A stretch of DNA of 64,000 nucleotides. Origin: Macrostomum lignano. Lineage: Eukaryota. Each line of letters opens with the position of its first letter. Position 1 is the stretch's first letter. A program made the translations under genes and the position numbers. The notes below the pieces were generated by a model, which saw only the letters and a list, made by a program, of their open reading frames with translations, did no database searches and was not told where the DNA came from. Of the stretch, positions 1-25,384 are shown one piece after another. Location of the stretch: contig NIVC01003944.1 of assembly GCA_002269645.1 (NCBI GenBank), positions 1 to 64,000 on the forward strand. Direction: 5' to 3'.

Positions 1-6755
<6,755 letters not shown>

Positions 6756-6921
6756 TAGTGCAACGGCCTTCACTGTAACTTCTAAGTGACTAGAAGAGTT
6801 TATACCTGACTGAGATAGTGAAATTATGTTTATCATAGCTATCCTGCCTGTCCTTTTGGGTTCACTATATATATTTAAGCATATTAATTGCGCATGAAGT
6901 GATTCTCGGGTACGAGGATAA

Positions 6922-6927
6922 AATAAA
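6922..6927 (+). terminator. Candidate polyadenylation signal of the DCST-like gene
   Basis: AATAAA about 170 nt after the stop codon. Confidence 0.4.
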
Positions 6928-7042
6928 ACTATTGGCCAAACTTCACAGAAGAGCTTCTACAGATTTATTAATTTTCATCTTTTAGAGAACCTTATGAAGG
7001 ATAAAAACATTTCTGGTAATTGCACTCCCCGTATCGCTGTCT

Positions 7043-8103
7043 GAAAATCCCTCACAACCCTTCCTCCCAGTATCACTGTCTGAGAATCGCCCCTAACCCC
7101 CCAGTATCACTGTCTGAGAATCGCCCCTAACCCCCCAGTATCACTGTCTGAGAATCGCCCCTAACCCCCAGTATCACTGTCTGAGAATCGCCCCTAACCC
7201 CCCAGTATCACTGTCTGAGAATCGCCCCTAACCCCCCAGTATCACTGTCTGAGAATCGCCCCTAACCCCCCAGTATCACTGTCTGAGAATCGCCCCTAAC
7301 CCCTCAGTATCACTGTCTGAGAATCGCCCCTAACCCCCAGTATCACTGTCTGAGAATCGCCCCTAACCCCCCGGTATCACTGTCTGAGAATCGCCCCTAA
7401 CCCCCAGTATAACTGTCTGAGAATCGCCCCTAACCCCCCAGTATCACTGTCTGAGAATCGCCCCTAACCCCCCGGTATCACTGTCTGAGAATCGCCCCTA
7501 ACCCCCCAGTATCACTGTCTGAGAATCGCCCCTAATCCCCCAGTATCACTGTCTGAGAATCGCCCCTAACCCCCAGTATCACTGTCTGAGAATCGCCCCT
7601 GACCCCCAGTATCACTGTCTGAGAATCGCCCCTAACCCCCAGTATCACTGTCTGAGAATCGCCCCTGACCCCCCAGTATCACTGTCTGAGAATCGCCCCT
7701 AACCCCCCGGTATCACTGTCTGAGAATCGCCCCTAACCCCCCAGTATCACTGTCTGAGAATCGCTCCTAACCCCCCAGTATCACTGTCTGAGAATCGCCC
7801 CTAACCCCCGGTATCACTGTCTGAGAATCGCCCCTAACCCCCCAGTATCACTGTCTGAGAATCGCTCCTAACCCCCCAGTATCACTGTCTGAGAATCGCC
7901 CCTAACCCCCCGGTATCACTGTCTGAGAATCGCCCCTGACCCCCCAGTATCACTGTCTGAGAATCGCCCCTAACCCCCCAGTATCACTGTCTGAGAATCG
8001 CTCCTAACCCCCCAGAATCACTGTCTGAGAATCGCCCCTAACCCCCCGGTATCACTGTCTGAGAATCGCCCCTGACCCCCCAGTATCACTGTCTGAGAAT
8101 CGC
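7043..8103. repeat. 33-35-bp minisatellite containing CCCTAA (CAGTATCACTGTCTGAGAATCGCCCCTAACCCCC)
   Basis: About 30 tandem copies, with length variation in the C tract. Confidence 0.95.
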
Positions 8104-8967
8104 TCAAATTGAATAAATAGCTAGAAAAGCAGGGAAAACGTAATTTGCATAGATTAGCCGGTAATAAAATACGCATTGACATTAAATAATTATTTGTGTC
8201 CGCCACAGGTGCCGCAAGAGCCGGGCACACTTTTAGCACTGATACGCATACGTTTAGCATTTCGGAATCGGTAGGTGCAATAAATTTGTAAGCGGAAATA
8301 TAGAACTTTTAAAGAAACGCACTAAAAAAGAAAGTTTAGGGTTGTACTTGACAATTACTTTAGACTTGTAAGGCATGCATATTGTAGTGATGCGTGTTGA
8401 TCGAATTGATACAAAGACTAGGCAATAGAGTCTTTGTACAGCGAGTCGCGCAATGCTATGGATGAGTGCCATCGCCATACTTGGTAGAAGTGAGCAGAAT
8501 GCCAAGATTCACGGCTCCGAAAATCAGCCACAATGCGGTATGAGTTACTGCCGAATAATTAACCATTACAAAATATAAAAATGGCAATTTCTTTATTTCA
8601 ATGACGCATTTCCCTCGGCCGAAGCCTGATTCTCAAGCTTGAAGAAGATTGATTTATATGAACGCTTGTTAGTTGCAGAAATTACTTAATTCTGTTGAAG
8701 GCGCCGAAAGGAGAGGCAGGTAAAATACAAGCTATAATTAAAAGTTAGGGGCGTTTCACAATGCAAAACTGAGTATAGGCGACACGAAACATGGAAGCAG
8801 ATTTACAGCCCCTGTACGCTCGTAAAGGATGGAACGAAAAACGATTCATTAGATGATGTTTTCCATAATTTTCGTTCCATCCTCATACTGATTTCTCAAC
8901 TAGCTAGGGTAAAATCAGTAACAATTTTTTCAATATACGTTATATCTTTAAAAAGTCTAAGACACTT

Positions 8968-9000
8968 TTAGGGTTAGGGTTAGGGTTAGGGTTAGGGTTA
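8968..9000 (+). repeat. Interstitial telomeric repeat (TTAGGG)5.5
   Basis: TTAGGGTTAGGGTTAGGGTTAGGGTTAGGGTTA read directly from the sequence. Confidence 0.9.
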
Positions 9001-9240
9001 GACGAACCCTTCTCTATGATCTCATTGGTTGGACAATTTGGAGCTCTTAGCCAGCCACCTCACTCCCAACCCTTCCCCATTCTGCTAGCTGATTGGCTGC
9101 CCGATTCAGCCATTAGCCAACCACCTCAGTACCAACCCTTCCCCATTCTATTCACTGATTGGATGGCTAAAAATAAAAAGTTCAAAATTCCAGTCCCGAT
9201 GTGTGGAGCATCAGCTGCTTGGAAATCAGCAGCCCGCAGC

Positions 9241-15124
<5,884 letters not shown>

Positions 15125-15375
15125 TCTGAGCGTCTGGCCCTCTAAGAGACCTAAACAAGAAGCTGCGCTACTGACCCGAGTATTGCTTTAAGGATAACAA
15201 GGACAATTGGATCAGGGGGCGCGCGTACACTGACAGCTGGAAGGAGTGGGGTGGTTGATGATCTAGGGTACGAGCGTGTGTGTGGATATAAAGCCCTCCC
15301 TATGCAAGCGAGATAGTGAAGAGGAGGCGAGAATAGCTGAGGCAGACGAGACCCTGACAGGGCAAAACCTGCCTT

Positions 15376-15383
15376 CTTTTATA
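15376..15383 (-). promoter_or_regulatory. Candidate TATA box upstream of MTHFR
   Basis: TATAAAAG on the minus strand about 250 nt above the ATG; an acceptor (TTCTTGTTTAG, 15151) lies 26 nt before the ATG, implying a cis- or trans-spliced 5' UTR. Confidence 0.3.
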
Positions 15384-18300
15384 GGCGCTGGAGCGGGCTG
15401 AGGGGGTTGGAGAGTTTGGAATTCCCCGACCTTGAACGTGAATCTCTGCCCCATCGGGCCGGCATTGGCCTGCGCTGGTTTGTGAGCTATTTTGTCCTTA
15501 AACTGAACTGTACACGGAGAGGACCTGGGGTTGCCCCCAAGCTAACACGCGTGTAGCGAGTGACGGAAACTCCAACAAGCAAAGGGCTTCCTCCGACCCC
15601 CAAACCAAATGTACACTCTCAGCTTCGCTGTACATTAACCCGCACTGTACATTGAGGGTTGAAATAAAATTAAACAGACCGGAGACGAGCGGTTTTTTAA
15701 TCTTACAGTTTAGGAAACACTAAATGAAGCGGTTTCGCCCCCATTTCCATGGTCTTGGGCGAGGCCACAAAATTGCCGGGTGTAAATTGCCAGCAGATTG
15801 CAGAAATATTATTTACAATTACAACACTAGCGCCCATCTCTTTGTCACTGCAACTAAACTATGTACTCGACATGACACTAGAGCTCGACAAGTGTTGCTG
15901 GCTAATAGCTAGTCTAAAATTTGCCGATTATAATCAGCGGTAGAGACTGTGTTGAGACGCGAGTTCTCATAAAATTGAACAAAATCAAACTAATAAGCCG
16001 TCATTAAATCGTAATTTTATAATTAAACTAATCAATAGTAATTAAACAGCCCGGAGAATTTCGCGGATTCAGTAACTTTTTATTTGATTATTATTATCGA
16101 CAAAACTAGCAGACTTACTAAATTGAGATAACTAATAATTAATTAGGCGAAAACAGAAGCGCAAACACACAGATCGAATATATTAGAAAACGGCGCATCT
16201 TAGAGCGGGCGCATTGCCCAGCCCAGGAAAATTTGATTTGTTTAAACTAATAGAAACTTGGTTAGCGAACAAAGACAACTTTTGCAAGAATTGGGCGCGC
16301 TTTATAATAAAAATAGAAAACCAACGGTCTGGATTGGAAGTAAACGGGTTAGGGAAGGATAAATTATTAATAAACTGGGCCAGGCTTGTGCTTAAGCTTC
16401 TACAGAAATCGAGAGAGAAACAAGCGAATAAATGTAACAAATTGTGCAACAGCCCATGAACTACTCAATTCTGCCATCTGCTCAAATAGATGATCGAATT
16501 TCCAGCTTTCAAAATCAAAAATAAATTAGCAAAGAAAAACCTCAACAGCGCTTTGCCCAGCGCGATGGCAAGGGATACTGGAGTATTTACAAAAAAAACG
16601 CTGTTTAAAAAGAGAAAATAAACACACACACATACTACTAATAAAACAGATAAGTAGCATAATTATAAAGGAAGTAAAAGCCCTAACTTATTAATTGGTT
16701 AATGAGCCGCAGAAAACACACAATCAACAGGCAACGGAAAAGTCTTTTTAAAAAACCGAGCACAGAAAAACTGAATTTGAAACAACCAGGTTGAAAGGTA
16801 AGCTGGAAAAGCAGCAAAGCTGACTGGCAGAAGAAGACAGCATTAACTTGCATACATACTCGTACATTATTACTGTTAGTATTACACAAGCAAAGGTCGG
16901 AGTGTAAGAGCACCCAGTAGAAATAGAGAAATTGCAGACCGCAGACGGCCTCTAACGCGCATGGTTACAGTATTATTGAAATAAATTGAATAAAGCGAGC
17001 CTAAGTATATTGGGAATGAAACGGATTACAGACGCAGTGAATTGCACTATATTAGATATCCAATTCCAGGTCAAGTAAGAAAAGCATCTTTCGCTTCTAA
17101 TTCTAACGCGATTCAAATGCAAAATTAAATATGTGCAGCATTTGATTTATCGAAGGCGTACACGCTACTGTGGTTAGTAATAAAATACGAATTTGATAAA
17201 AAAATGAACACCAAAGCCTAAGATTTATTTAATAATTAAAAAAATATCGAGCGTTAGGCACATTTATTAGTTTGGGACTTACTATTGTAGTTAGTTGAGA
17301 CTATCAAAATTATTGACTATATAGATAATTTAGACTCAAACAGGCGAGTTTAAACACACGGTTGCCACCCGGGACAGTTAGCTGACGGCAGTCAAATTGA
17401 ATTGCTACAATAGACTCGGATATTTGGCTACCTGGCCGTGACTGGCATACTTTCCCTTATTATCTCTTTAATAGCGCCTACTAAATAACTCAATTCAAAG
17501 ACCCGAAAGCTTCAGCAATCGATATATTTAAAGAAAGGAAATGCTTCTGCTAATTTGCTGCATTCCAATGAATTTGCAAAGAGAAACGAGCTGGTTAACC
17601 ACAGTGGCGCACTGCTGCTATTGAGTGTAGGCTAAATTGGCAAGGAGAAAGACTCATTTTTCAAAGGCAAAGGGCGCACAAGGGACTGTCACCGTCTCTC
17701 CCTGTTGACTTTGATATAATTTATTCTAACTGTATACATATAGTTTATTCTGCTCAAGTGAGCACAGTCTGAGTGGCACACAGATTAAATTTTATACGGC
17801 GAGTAATAGCCAACAGTTAATAACATGTTGTGTAGTTAATGGCTGGACAAAAATAACAATAAGCAGAACGAGTACATGAAAGCGGCGGCAGTTATCTCAT
17901 TTTTTTGGTTGACGATTACAACAATACTAAATAAACAATTAATAATTCTTTCTCTCGAAATTTGTGCATCAAAACAATTATTACAGTAGTTATAATGAAA
18001 ACAACAATGATAAGATTATAACAGACATACCTCGTAAATTAAAGAAATTAGCGCAATTACTATTAGTATAGGCAAAGTATAATTGAACAAACGTAAACAA
18101 ACAAATTGGTGTGAACAATGTATGAAGTTTAACAAGTAGCGGATTGTCTGTCTATTGATAAGTTGAGTTTACAGAAATTTGAAACCCTATTTAGATGTTG
18201 TAAATAACAGCAAGCGGGCGTCCAACTTCTAAATATGAATAATAGTATACGCCAATGTTGAGAAAATATCTTGACTATCAAGCACAACAAAATATCGGTA

Positions 18301-18905
18301 AAGTAGATCCCGCACTGACCGGGATTGGTGCTAGCATTCGACCCACAGGCGACGTTGTGCAACAAATGTTATTATTATCAAGGTAACCTATTTGCAAAAA
18401 ACAACAAAAAACTTTGTTAAACAAAATAGAAACTTAATTTGAACAAGTACGCCTTGCAAACAGAGGCCCCTGATTGGGGTAGGCAGTTAGCGGATAATGA
18501 AGGACGTCAAAACTCGAATGCGCAGACAAAATGATCTGGGGGGGGGGGGGGGGAGAAAGCCTGAAGAAAATGGGACGATGAATAAATTAATTTAAACAAA
18601 AGCTGAACACGCATAAACAATGGACTAAATTGGCTATATAATAATTTAATAAATAGCAAAGTGACAGCAAGGATTATCTTCAAATTCTATATATATATAT
18701 ATAATTCTCTTCCTGCGTACTTTTTAATAATATTATATATATTATAATTATAAATGCACACCGAAGAATAACAGGTCGAAGAGGGGGGGGGGCAGACAAT
18801 CTCGTCAATTCAAAGCTATCTAGTTTCAAATTTGCACTTTACCGGTTAGTAGTCTTCAGGAATTGATTAATACTCGATAAACTTTTTATGCAAATTAATA
18901 TACGG

Positions 18906-19311
18906 CATGGGTCGGCGAACTTTTTTAACTTTTAAGGGCCAGATAAAGAATCTGCGCATGACTTGGAACAGAAGACACGGAACAGAGGAGAAGAGAGAAG
19001 AGAGATCAGAGGGTAGATGAGAGAGGAGAGGAAAGAAGACAGGGAACAGAGAAGAAGAGAGAAGAGTAGATCAGAGGGTAGATGAGAGAGGAGAGGAAAG
19101 AAGACAAGGAACAGAGAAGAAGAGAGAAGAGTAGATCAGAGGGTAGATGAGAGAGGAGAGGAAAGAAGACAAGGAACAGAGAAGAAGAGAGAAGAGTAGA
19201 TCAGAGGGTAGATGAGAGAGAAGAGAGAGGAGATAAGAGAGCTGAGAAGAGACAAACCTTGAGCGGGCCAAAGGACCCAAGGGCCGGATAGAGAGGCTTT
19301 GCCGACCCCTG
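18906..19311. mobile_element. Non-autonomous hAT (Charlie-like) MITE with internal purine-rich tandem repeat
   Basis: TIRs CATGGGTCGGCGAA / CAGGGGTCGGCAAA (12 of 14 identical); perfect 8-bp TSD ATATACGG at 18898-18905 and 19312-19319. Confidence 0.88.
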
Positions 19312-20450
19312 ATATACGGGATTGTCTGCCAACCCGGCAGGAAATACGGATTACAGATTACAACAATTACAGACCGAAAAATCAAATTCTACAATCCAAT
19401 TAGTTTCAGGGAATAGAAGGAACGCAAGCAACAGGTGTTGTTGGTAATAGTGAAGTTTTAGCACGTACAGGAACTCAATTAGAGTCAATTTAGCGGACAC
19501 AGGTGCAACACTAGATAAAATTTAATTTTGCTGATAAATTTGCACAAATTGCTGACGGAAGATATTTTTTAAAACAATAATTAATAATAATAGGCATTAA
19601 ATAAAGTATCGGAGGAGAACTGTGGGCGCAAGAAGAGGCAAAAAAGTAGAACAATTACATAAATATGAGTGACTTTGTCTTTGCCAAGGTGAGCAGCACA
19701 GCAGGGCAAGGACAATCCAGACTCAAGCGAGTCCGCCCAATAATAGTGGAATCAAAGGAGTTGAGTAACAGACGTAACAAACAATTGATAAATAAAGTAG
19801 GGAGGGTGAAGTATTCTAGGTGAACTTCTGACTGATTAAAATATGATTTATTCGACACAAATAAATAAAATAGTGTTTTATAAAGTTTCTTATCACACCT
19901 CCACAGGCTGACGTACATTACCAACTTTTTCCAAAGTCTTCAGAAATTGCCGAAAGCGCACAAAACGGAGTATAAAATAACAAAACCAAAAGCCGCATTG
20001 GGGCAAAAAAATACAAACTTCTAAATAAATAAGCGCCGTACAAGTTAATAAAGAAGCGCAACTGACCATCGTTCCGTGGGTTTTAACATGCTAAAATCTA
20101 AGCGCAGAAAACACACAAACCTACACGCTAGTGCAATCTTTTTTATAAACTTATCATTTTTCACTATTAAGGCATAATGGAGCAGCGGGTTAACCATTAA
20201 ACTGGGCGGCGCATTTGAAACAAAAAATAAGACGCGCCAAAACAATTTATACATACGCATACGGCGCGCACAACCCACGCAGGCACCAATGATTTCTTTT
20301 TGCCTTGTTTCTTTAGAACTTGCTTTAAATCGAAATTAAAATAACACAAACTTATAGACGGAAGATTTAAACAAAACTTTTATAATTTATCTAAGCTTAA
20401 GACTCTTTCTCTAGCCGGGCAGATCGAACTATGCTGGCTACCCAGGCTAT

Positions 20451-23400
20451 TCAAGCGTTGCTACCCGAGGCCTTCCTGCCGGCACGGCCGCCGGTGCCGT
20501 TCATACTCGGCCGCTGCTGCTGACCGGCGGTCGCTGGCGAAGCTTTCCAGGCGTTGCCCCCGCGCTGATAGCCGGAGTCGCGTTCGGTCAACGCATCCGA
20601 CGAGGCCTCCGTCGAGCTGGCCGGCTGCGCGGCGCTGGCTACTGCCCGTCGGACGCCGGCGACAGCCGGAGACGGCGAAGTCGGCGAGGCCGGCACGTCG
20701 GCTGAGTCGCCGGCCGAAACCATAGCGGCGGACACGGTAGCCACCTTGGCCGAGACGGGCGGCACGGATTTCTTCAGAGCGGCGGCATAGGATGTGCCGT
20801 TACCTCCGCCTGCGGCCTGCTGCTGCGACTGTTCCGGGCTAGCGCCGCCGATGCCAGCCTCTGGCGACGCTTCGCCGGCAGAAGCGGCCGTGGCGGCGAC
20901 TGCATGCGTCGATGAAGCAGAGGTAGCGGCTACCGCAGTAGGCGCGGAATTATTGTTGCCTTGGCTAGCTGAGCCGCCACCGCTGCCGCTATTGCCAGCT
21001 GAAGCGGCAGCGTCGGCTGAAATCTCAGGAAAGTCGTTCTCCTTCAGGCGGAACTCGGCCGGGCCCTGCGGCGCGTGGCCGGAATGATAGTCCCGACCAC
21101 CGCCTCTGGCGCCTCCTCGCCCGTAGCCGCGGCCACCGCCTCCTCGACCGATGGCCGAGCGGGACGGCGGACCAGACTGGCGATAATCCTGGTGATGGTG
21201 ATGATGTTGCGGCGGAGGCTGCGACGCGGGCGGCTGCGGCATGGCTGCCCCTCTGTGAGCCTGGCTGTGGTGAGCAGAAGTAGATCCTGGTCCGCCCAAA
21301 GGCCCATCGTGCTCGTGATAGGCGGCGTTCTGGCTAACATGCCGAGCAAATCTGGGCGGCATTGTTTGCCTTTCTGTCCGGCGATTCGACATGGAGTAGG
21401 GGGCATAGCCTCCCTGACCGTGCTGGTGATACTGGTGCGGGTGCTGGTGCTTGAAGATACGATTTGGCGGCTGCTGCGGCGGCATCGGCTGCTGCTGCTG
21501 CTGCGGTGGCGGATTGGAGCCGGCAGAATCCATTAGGCTGCACAGCTGGTAGGTGGGGACATCGTGAGGCGCCAGTATAGGCGAGCCAGTGTAGTGGGCG
21601 GTGGCCGCGGCGGCCTCCGCGTTAGCCGGCACGCCGACAGGAATGGCAACTGGCGAGAGGGCCACGGCGGCAGCGGCGTCGGACAGCTGGCCGATGGTGT
21701 CGGAGCCGGCAGAAGTGGCCACGGCAGCAGCGTCAGTCGCTGCCGGCATCGCGGTCTTAATGCTGAGAGTTGTCGACATGCCAACTTCGGCCCTAGTCAG
21801 CTCCCACTGCGAGTCGGCCACAAGCGGATAGGCCTGCCACTTGCCTGGCACAGCGTACAGGCTCAGAGCGCGCTTGCAGTCGCAGGGCCGCAGCTGGGAC
21901 TCCCATTTGCGCTTAGCTGCGTCAACCGGATCATCCGCGGCGGAGGAGCTCGCGGCCGTCTCGGCGGCAGCTTCGTTGACATCGGGACCAAGGCAGAGCT
22001 TGGTGAATGCCAGCTTGTGCAAAATGGAGTTTACCTGCTCAAAGCTTTTCGTGTCCGGGTAGATGACGAGCACGGAGGCGTGGTCAACCACCAGCTGCTC
22101 CGGCGGGGTGAGCTGCGGCAGTTCGGCTGGCAAGAAGCTGCAGAAGAATTCGTTCAGCTGTTCCAGTACGTGCTTAGCCTGAACTTTATAGCGTTGAGAA
22201 GGCTTCTGTTTGATGTCGTTGCATTGAGTCTCAATTTTCTCCGGGCTGCGGCCTTGCACGCGCAGAATCGGGCACACCTGAGGGATGGCAACAGGCAAAG
22301 CAATCGAATAAATCTTATTGAAACAGTTTGAGCAGCTTTGAGAGCTCTCATATTTCTTGAGCATATAGGCACAGTATATAAATAGCCTAGCAAAGGCAGT
22401 CAAAAGAAAGCATTTGATGATGATCTAAAAAATCAATTTGATTCAGTGCTGATGTCGATCCCAATCACAAAGAGGATGTGAACTTAGCCTTCATTGACCA
22501 TTCTCCGCCAATAGGGAGAAGATGGGATTTCATGTGAACTTTAAGGCTCTCAAATGGAAGCGATGGCCGCTTGGGACTTTAGCACGTTTTGAAAAGGAAG
22601 AATAATAATAATTTGTTTTAGCAAAGAGAATATGAAAAATGACGCAACAGATGCCAACAGTTTGAAGAGCGACACCAGCATGCTTTCTTGATAAAGGCGG
22701 TTCCAAAAAGTGTCCAAGCACTGCATTCCATTCCGGTTTTCGATGATTGTTCTCTTATTGTCAGTCCAGCAGTGGGATCCGATAGAGAAGCCGGCTTAAT
22801 CGGCTACCGCTTGTGATTAAGAGCCTTCCTGCCTCCCTTCCTTTTTTTCCTGCCTCCCTTCCTTTTCTTCCTGCCTCCCTTCCTTTCCTTCCTGCCTCCC
22901 TTCCTTTCCTTCCTGCCTCCCTTCCTTTCCTTCCTGCCTCCCTTCCTTTCCTTCCTGCCTCCCTTTTTTTCCTGCCTCCCTTCCTTTCCTTCCTGCCTCC
23001 CTTCCTTTCTTTCCTGCCTCCCTTCCCTTCTTTCCTTTCCTTACTTCCCTCCTTGTCTCCCTTCCCTTCTTTCCTTTCCTTACTTCCCTCCTTGTCTCCC
23101 TTCCCTTCTTTCCTTTCCTTACTTCCCTCCTTGTCTCCCTTCCCTTCTTTCCTTTCCTTACTTCCCTCCTTGTCTCCCTTCCCTTCTTTCCTTTCCTTAC
23201 TTCCCTCCTTGCCTCCCTTCCCTTCTTTCCTTTCCTTAATTCCCTCCTTTTATTCTTTCTTATTTTCCTTCCTACTTTTCCTTCCTCCCTCCCTCCCTTC
23301 CTTCCTTCTTCCCTCCCTCCCTTCCTTCTTCCCTCCCTCCCTCCCTCCCTTCCTTCCTTCCTTCCTTCCTTCCTTCCTTCCTTCCCTCCTTCCTTCCTTC

Positions 23401-25384
23401 CTTCCTTCCTTCCTTCCTTCCTTCCTTCCTTCCTTCCTTCCTTCCTTCCTTCCTTCCTTCCTTCCTTCCTTCCTTCCTTCCTTCCTTCCTTCCTTCCTTC
23501 CTTCCTTCCTTCCTTCCTTCCTTCCTTATATTTACCCGTCAAGGTCTGAACAAGCGCTGGTGCCTGCGGACCCGCGTTTAGCGACAATGATGAAACTATT
23601 ATTTCTACTGTATTATCTACTAAAAGAAGCTAGACTAAAAGGCAGTGGACTAAAATCCGGGACAGAAATCTAGGCTGCAACTGGGGAAGATCCCGTTGCC
23701 GGACACAGCTGGCTGTCGGCCCCGGAGATTCAATGAGCGTCATCGCAATTAGAAAATTGCTAGCATCAGACCCAGTGTGAGCTATTTAGCTAACAAGCCA
23801 ACAATTTCGGCCCCACACGACCGACGATCATGAACTTTCAATAAGTTACTAAGCCAGATCTAGGGCAGCGGTTAAACTGCCAAGCACCTTCACTGCTGCT
23901 TTAACCCTTTGATTGGCATACAGAATGCAGCACAAGAATTTGCCTTCATTAGTAAATAATAAATCAATTTATACACTAGAGCACAATAATAAATCTTCAC
24001 CTTTTGCTTCAATTTGCCATCGACAACGCTAAACACGCAGGACTTCTCGTTGACCGCCTGCTTCCATTCATCGGCGGAGACACTGCACTGGGCCAGGTGG
24101 TGCAAAAACTCGTATACCTTGCCTAATTCGGCCTCGTGATTCAGCTCTGATAGCTGGCAGACGTAACTCCAAACAACTGGTATGGTGAGCGCAATATCCG
24201 TGTACCGCCTAATCCGATCCTGCCGCTCTTCGGGCGAAATTTTCTCTTCATCACCCAGCTTCAGCATCAGCTTGCTAATCTGCTCCAAAGCTTGGTTAGT
24301 ATTGTGCTGCTTGGGTCTACGCTGCTGCGACTGTTGCTGCTGCTGCTGATCTGGTTGGCCGTCGGACGATTCAATAGGAGACTGCCGCTGCTGCTGCTCC
24401 TGTTGCGGCTGGCCATCGTGATGAGCCGCCTGTGTCATGTAAGCCGCAGCCGAAGATGTCGCATTGGGATAGGCGCTATCAATGCCACCAGGCGGGCTCT
24501 GCTGCGACAGATGCTGCTGATGCTGGGAGGCGTACACACCATAAGCAGCAGACTGGTGCGTCGGCAGCACTGCGGTGTGCTGCGGATAACCATAAGGATA
24601 CGCATAGTGCTGCTGCTGCTGCTGTTGATCCATAGAGTCTTGCTGCATTGAAAACAGCAGCGAGTCTTGGTCCTGTATTGACATCATGTACGGCTGCTGC
24701 TGAAACATGTAGCCATTGCTGAATAGCGGCACCTGAAATGTAGTGAAAAACAAACATTTGATGCGTTAAATATGCAATTATAGTGCTCAATATCAACTGC
24801 AAAAATCGATACTGTAAAACAGTAAGTGAGCAGAAAAAACTTCTAGTTTCTGAAAACAAATAGCTTTGAGTATAGGAGATTTTATATAAACTTACATAGT
24901 TGACAGAAATGGGCACCTACATTTCAACTTACATCTCAAAGGCTACTCAGCCTAATATTACATTTACAGGGTTCCTCTACACTACACCGCCTGACTCCAG
25001 CCTGACCTGGTGCAAAGCTGCAGCCGACTCTAAACCGGGCTGCAATGTTGCCATAGTAACAGCAGTGCCGTGATGCCCGACGCCGCTATAATCGTTAGGA
25101 AAATAGCCGCTTAAATCTGTGGCCGGCGCCATTTGCACTGAGTGAGCGGCCCACATTCCGAGTGGAGTCGCTGGCGTGCCTGATGCGGACTGGGACTTAT
25201 AGTGATGCTGCTGCTGATGATGTCCGGCAGAGGCTGCGGCGGCTGCTGCTGCGGCGGCGGTGGCTGCGGCATCGCCGACACCAGAATTCGGACTCTGGGA
25301 CACGCACAGTATCATGCTGTTGTCAGCCAAGTAGTAAATATCACCGGGATTTAAACTATGCGGCAGGACTAACGACGACGCCAT
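20451..25384 (-). CDS. Uncharacterised ~1027-aa protein: Q/H/Y-rich N-terminus, globular middle region, PPRF and RGG-rich C-terminus; possibly a divergent La-related protein (LARP4-like)
   Basis: Exons 25384-25007, 24732-24001, 22424-20451, GT-AG, all phase 0 (HQ|VPLF, KQK|IIIK), 3084 nt. The family assignment is only a weak visual resemblance. Confidence 0.8.
22825..23527. repeat. Pyrimidine-rich (CCTT)n and derived 21/33-bp repeats
   Basis: Fills intron 24000-22425 of the unknown gene. Confidence 0.95.

Noticed and set aside
8254-8560. Short minus-strand hydrophobic ORFs (MAFCSLL..., ...ALWLIFGAVNLGILL...)
   Set aside because: No recognisable family and no consistent exon partner; more likely UTR or intergenic.
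22813-23673. PSFL / KEGR repeat ORFs
   Set aside because: (CCTT)n intronic microsatellite.
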